A program made the position numbers and the translations under genes. The notes below the pieces were generated by a model that saw only the letters and a list, made by a program, of their open reading frames with translations, was not told where the DNA came from and did no database searches. From Centroscyllium fabricii (taxonomy: Eukaryota), in the NCBI GenBank assembly GCA_051313645.2, contig JBNRSN020000015.1, positions 134,292,001-134,356,000 of the forward strand: 64,000 bases of DNA, read 5' to 3'. Of this stretch, positions 61,493-64,000 are shown piece by piece. Numbering within the stretch: the first letter of the stretch is position 1; the number at the start of each line of letters is the position of its first letter.

Positions 61493-61894
61493 GGCGGCAC
61501 GGTGGCATAGTGGTTAGCACTGTTGCCTCACAGCTCTGGAGACCCGGGTTCAAATCCAGCCTCGGGTGACTATCTGTGTGGAGTTTGCGCATTCTCCCCG
61601 TGTCTGCGTGGGTTTCCTCCGGGTGCTCCGGTTTCCTCCCACAGTCCAAAGATGTGCGGGTTAGGTTGATTGGCCATGATAAATTGACCCTTAGTGTTTG
61701 GGGGATTGAATTAGTGGGGTTATGGGGATAGGGTGGGATATGTGTCGGTGCAGGCTCGATAGGGATCGAGGGATATGGATAGAGGGCGGGGCGGGGTACT
61801 GGGTTTGGATGATCAGCCATGATCTCATTGAATGGCGGAGCAGGCTCGAAGGGCCGAATGGCCTATTCCTGCTCCTATCTTCTATGTTTCTATG
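61493..61894 (+). mobile_element. HE1/V-SINE
   Basis: Full-length copy. Confidence 0.9.
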
Positions 61895-61897
61895 TAA

Positions 61898-62700
61898 CAG
61901 CAACTTGCGTTTATATAGTGCCTTTAACATAGAAAAAATGTTCCAAATGTCACAGAAGCGTAACCAGACACAAAACTGACACCAAACCACACAAGGAGAC
62001 ATTCGGACAGGTGACTAAAAGCTTGGACAAAGAGGTAAGTTTTAAAGACACAGAGAGAGGTGGGGAGGGTTAGGGAGAGAATTTCAGAGCTCAGGGCCCA
62101 GGCAGCTGAAGGCACGGCCGTCAATGGCGGGACGAAGGAAACGTGGGGGAATGCACAAGAGGCCAGAGTTGGAGGAACGCAGTTTTCTCGGAGGGCTGCA
62201 GGGCCGGAGAAGGTGACAGAGTTGGGGAGGGGCCAGACCATGGATGGATTTGAACATGGGGACCAGAACTTTAAAATCAAGGCATCGGTCGACCAGGAGC
62301 CAATGCAGGCCAGTGAGTGCACGGGGTGATGGGTGACTGGGACTTGGCGTGGGTTAGGTTACGAGAAGCAGAGTTTTCGATGAGCTCAGGTTGATGGAGG
62401 GTGGAAGCTGGGAGGCCAACCAGGAGAACACTGGAAAAGTCAAGTCTAAGAAAAGAATGGATGAGGGGTTGAGCAGCAGATGAGATGAGGCAGGGGCAGC
62501 GGCGGGAATTTTAACAGAGCTGCCAATAGGTAATCTTTATGATGGAGAAAATTCGGGGTCGGAAGTTCAGTTTACGGTCAAATATGAGGCAAAGGTTGCG
62601 AACCGTCTGGTTCAGCTTGAGACAGTGGTCAGGGAGAGCGATGGAGTCGATGGCAGGGGAAGACACTTCATTCGGTCTTCCCAATGTTTAATTGGAGGGG
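61898..62700 (-). mobile_element. L2-like LINE 3' portion
   Basis: Longest L2-like piece; homologous to the other L2 tails. Confidence 0.7.
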
Positions 62701-63277
62701 AAATTGAGATGTTGCAGCACAGGTGAATGTGTAAAATAAGATAGCAAAGAATGGTTTGACCTGTAGACAGGTACGGCAAATTTCAGGTATTGATGATTTT
62801 GTTTTTTTGCAGTTAAATTATATGTTATGCAACAGATCTTAATAGGCCTTTCACAAACACAATGCTGCACCCAATGTTCTAAGCCATAATGTGGTGTGGA
62901 GAAGTTCAGCTTGTGTTCCCACCATGGCAACACACTGTGTCCTACTTGTGCAGTGAGTTTCCAACAGTGTTATATGGCGGTGAACGCCAATTATTATTTT
63001 AAGACACAAAATTGTGGGAAGATCTGCCGTCTTATGGGCTCCGGACGCGCGGTGCGTTCGGCTGGTAAAATAAGCATTATACTGTCTAGATTGCTCGTTG
63101 TATTCTAGTACAGGTAACAAATAAAAATTTGAATTTGAATTTGAAACTACCACAGTGTTGCCATCCTGCTGAGAACACTTGACCAGGAAAATGAACGAAT
63201 AGACTTTCCCCGTTGGTGAGCGATGGTGTAAACTGCAGTTCACCACTAAATAGGCCCAGAATGGAGACAACACGTTT

Positions 63278-63510
63278 CATTTATATAGTGCCTTTATCAT
63301 AGTAAAAGATCTTCACAGGAGCACTATCAGTCAAACAAAATTGACACCAAGCCAAAGAAGGAGGCATTCGGACAGGTGCCCAAAAAGCTTGGTCAAAGAG
63401 GTAGGTTTTAAGGAGCATCTTAAATGGGGGGGGAGAGAGGGGGAGAGATGTGGAGAGGTTTAGGAAGGGCATTCCAGAGCTTAGGGCAGTTGAAGCATGG
63501 CCGCCAACGG
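63278..63510 (-). mobile_element. L2-like 3' end
   Basis: Homologous to 58180-58605. Confidence 0.7.
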
Positions 63511-63914
63511 TGTGCTGGTTTTCGAGACAACCTGGTTTCTGAACAACAGGTAGGGTGGAGTTTTACTCACAAAGTGTTGATGAGGGAGGCCCTGGGATTT
63601 GTCCATCTATGATGTGGAACCCTAAGCATCACCCCCACCCCCACCCCCTTCTCTCCGCTAACACAACTGGACTGTTCCTTGAATGACTTCATAGATTTCA
63701 CCTGCTCTGACCTACCTGGAAGAACAGCTGCTTTCTGATCATTCTCTGCCTGAAGAAGTGCCTTCTGGCACCCTACCCGGACTTGCCTTTGTATCTGTGT
63801 TCCTTGGCCTGCAGTCCATCTGGTACTGTTGTAGCTCTTAGCAACAGCCCGTGTTTCTGGTTTATTTCATATAACTGCTTTTAGTTCACAGATATTACAT
63901 ATTCTAATAGATAG

Positions 63915-64000
63915 ACCCTTAGTGTTAGGGGGATTAAATATGTGGGGGTTACGGGGATAGGGTGGGATATGTGTCGGTGCAGGCTCGATGGGCCGAAATG
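63915..64000 (+). mobile_element. HE1 type-B SINE 3' fragment (cut by window edge)
   Basis: GACCCTTAGTGTTAGGGGGATT...GCTCGATGGGCCGAAATG. Confidence 0.85.

Overview
Eukaryotic genomic DNA from a cartilaginous fish, judged from HE1/V-SINE, SacSINE1-like DeuSINE and shark-type CR1 repeats. The first ~32 kb hold the 5' half of Pax6 on the minus strand. This includes the P0 promoter/exon 0 (~24.1 kb), P1/exon 1 (~15.5 kb), exons 2, 3 and 4 (ATG at 10692), exon alpha/neuroretina enhancer, and coding exons 5, 5a, 6 and 7, whose sizes (131/42/216/166 bp) match vertebrate Pax6. Intron 7 runs off the left edge, so the homeobox exons lie outside the window. The ectodermal (EE) and pancreatic (P) enhancers are recognisable at ~30.8-31.4 kb, along with many other CNE-like blocks. 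Beyond ~32.4 kb the sequence is dense in nested SINEs, CR1/L2/Rex1 LINE fragments, Tigger-like MITEs and Harbinger remnants. Most notable: (1) a tandemly duplicated, frameshifted copy of exon 5a that keeps both splice sites (possible poison/decoy exon); (2) a splice-dependent uORF system over exons 2-3-4; (3) short Penelope-derived insertions carrying minimal hammerhead ribozyme motifs, mostly as long palindromes with 10-12 bp TSDs; (4) a 104-bp hairpin next to P1; (5) a minisatellite that arose inside a MITE. Homology calls rest on recalled sequence and were not database-checked. Most ORF-track entries are spurious or TE-derived.
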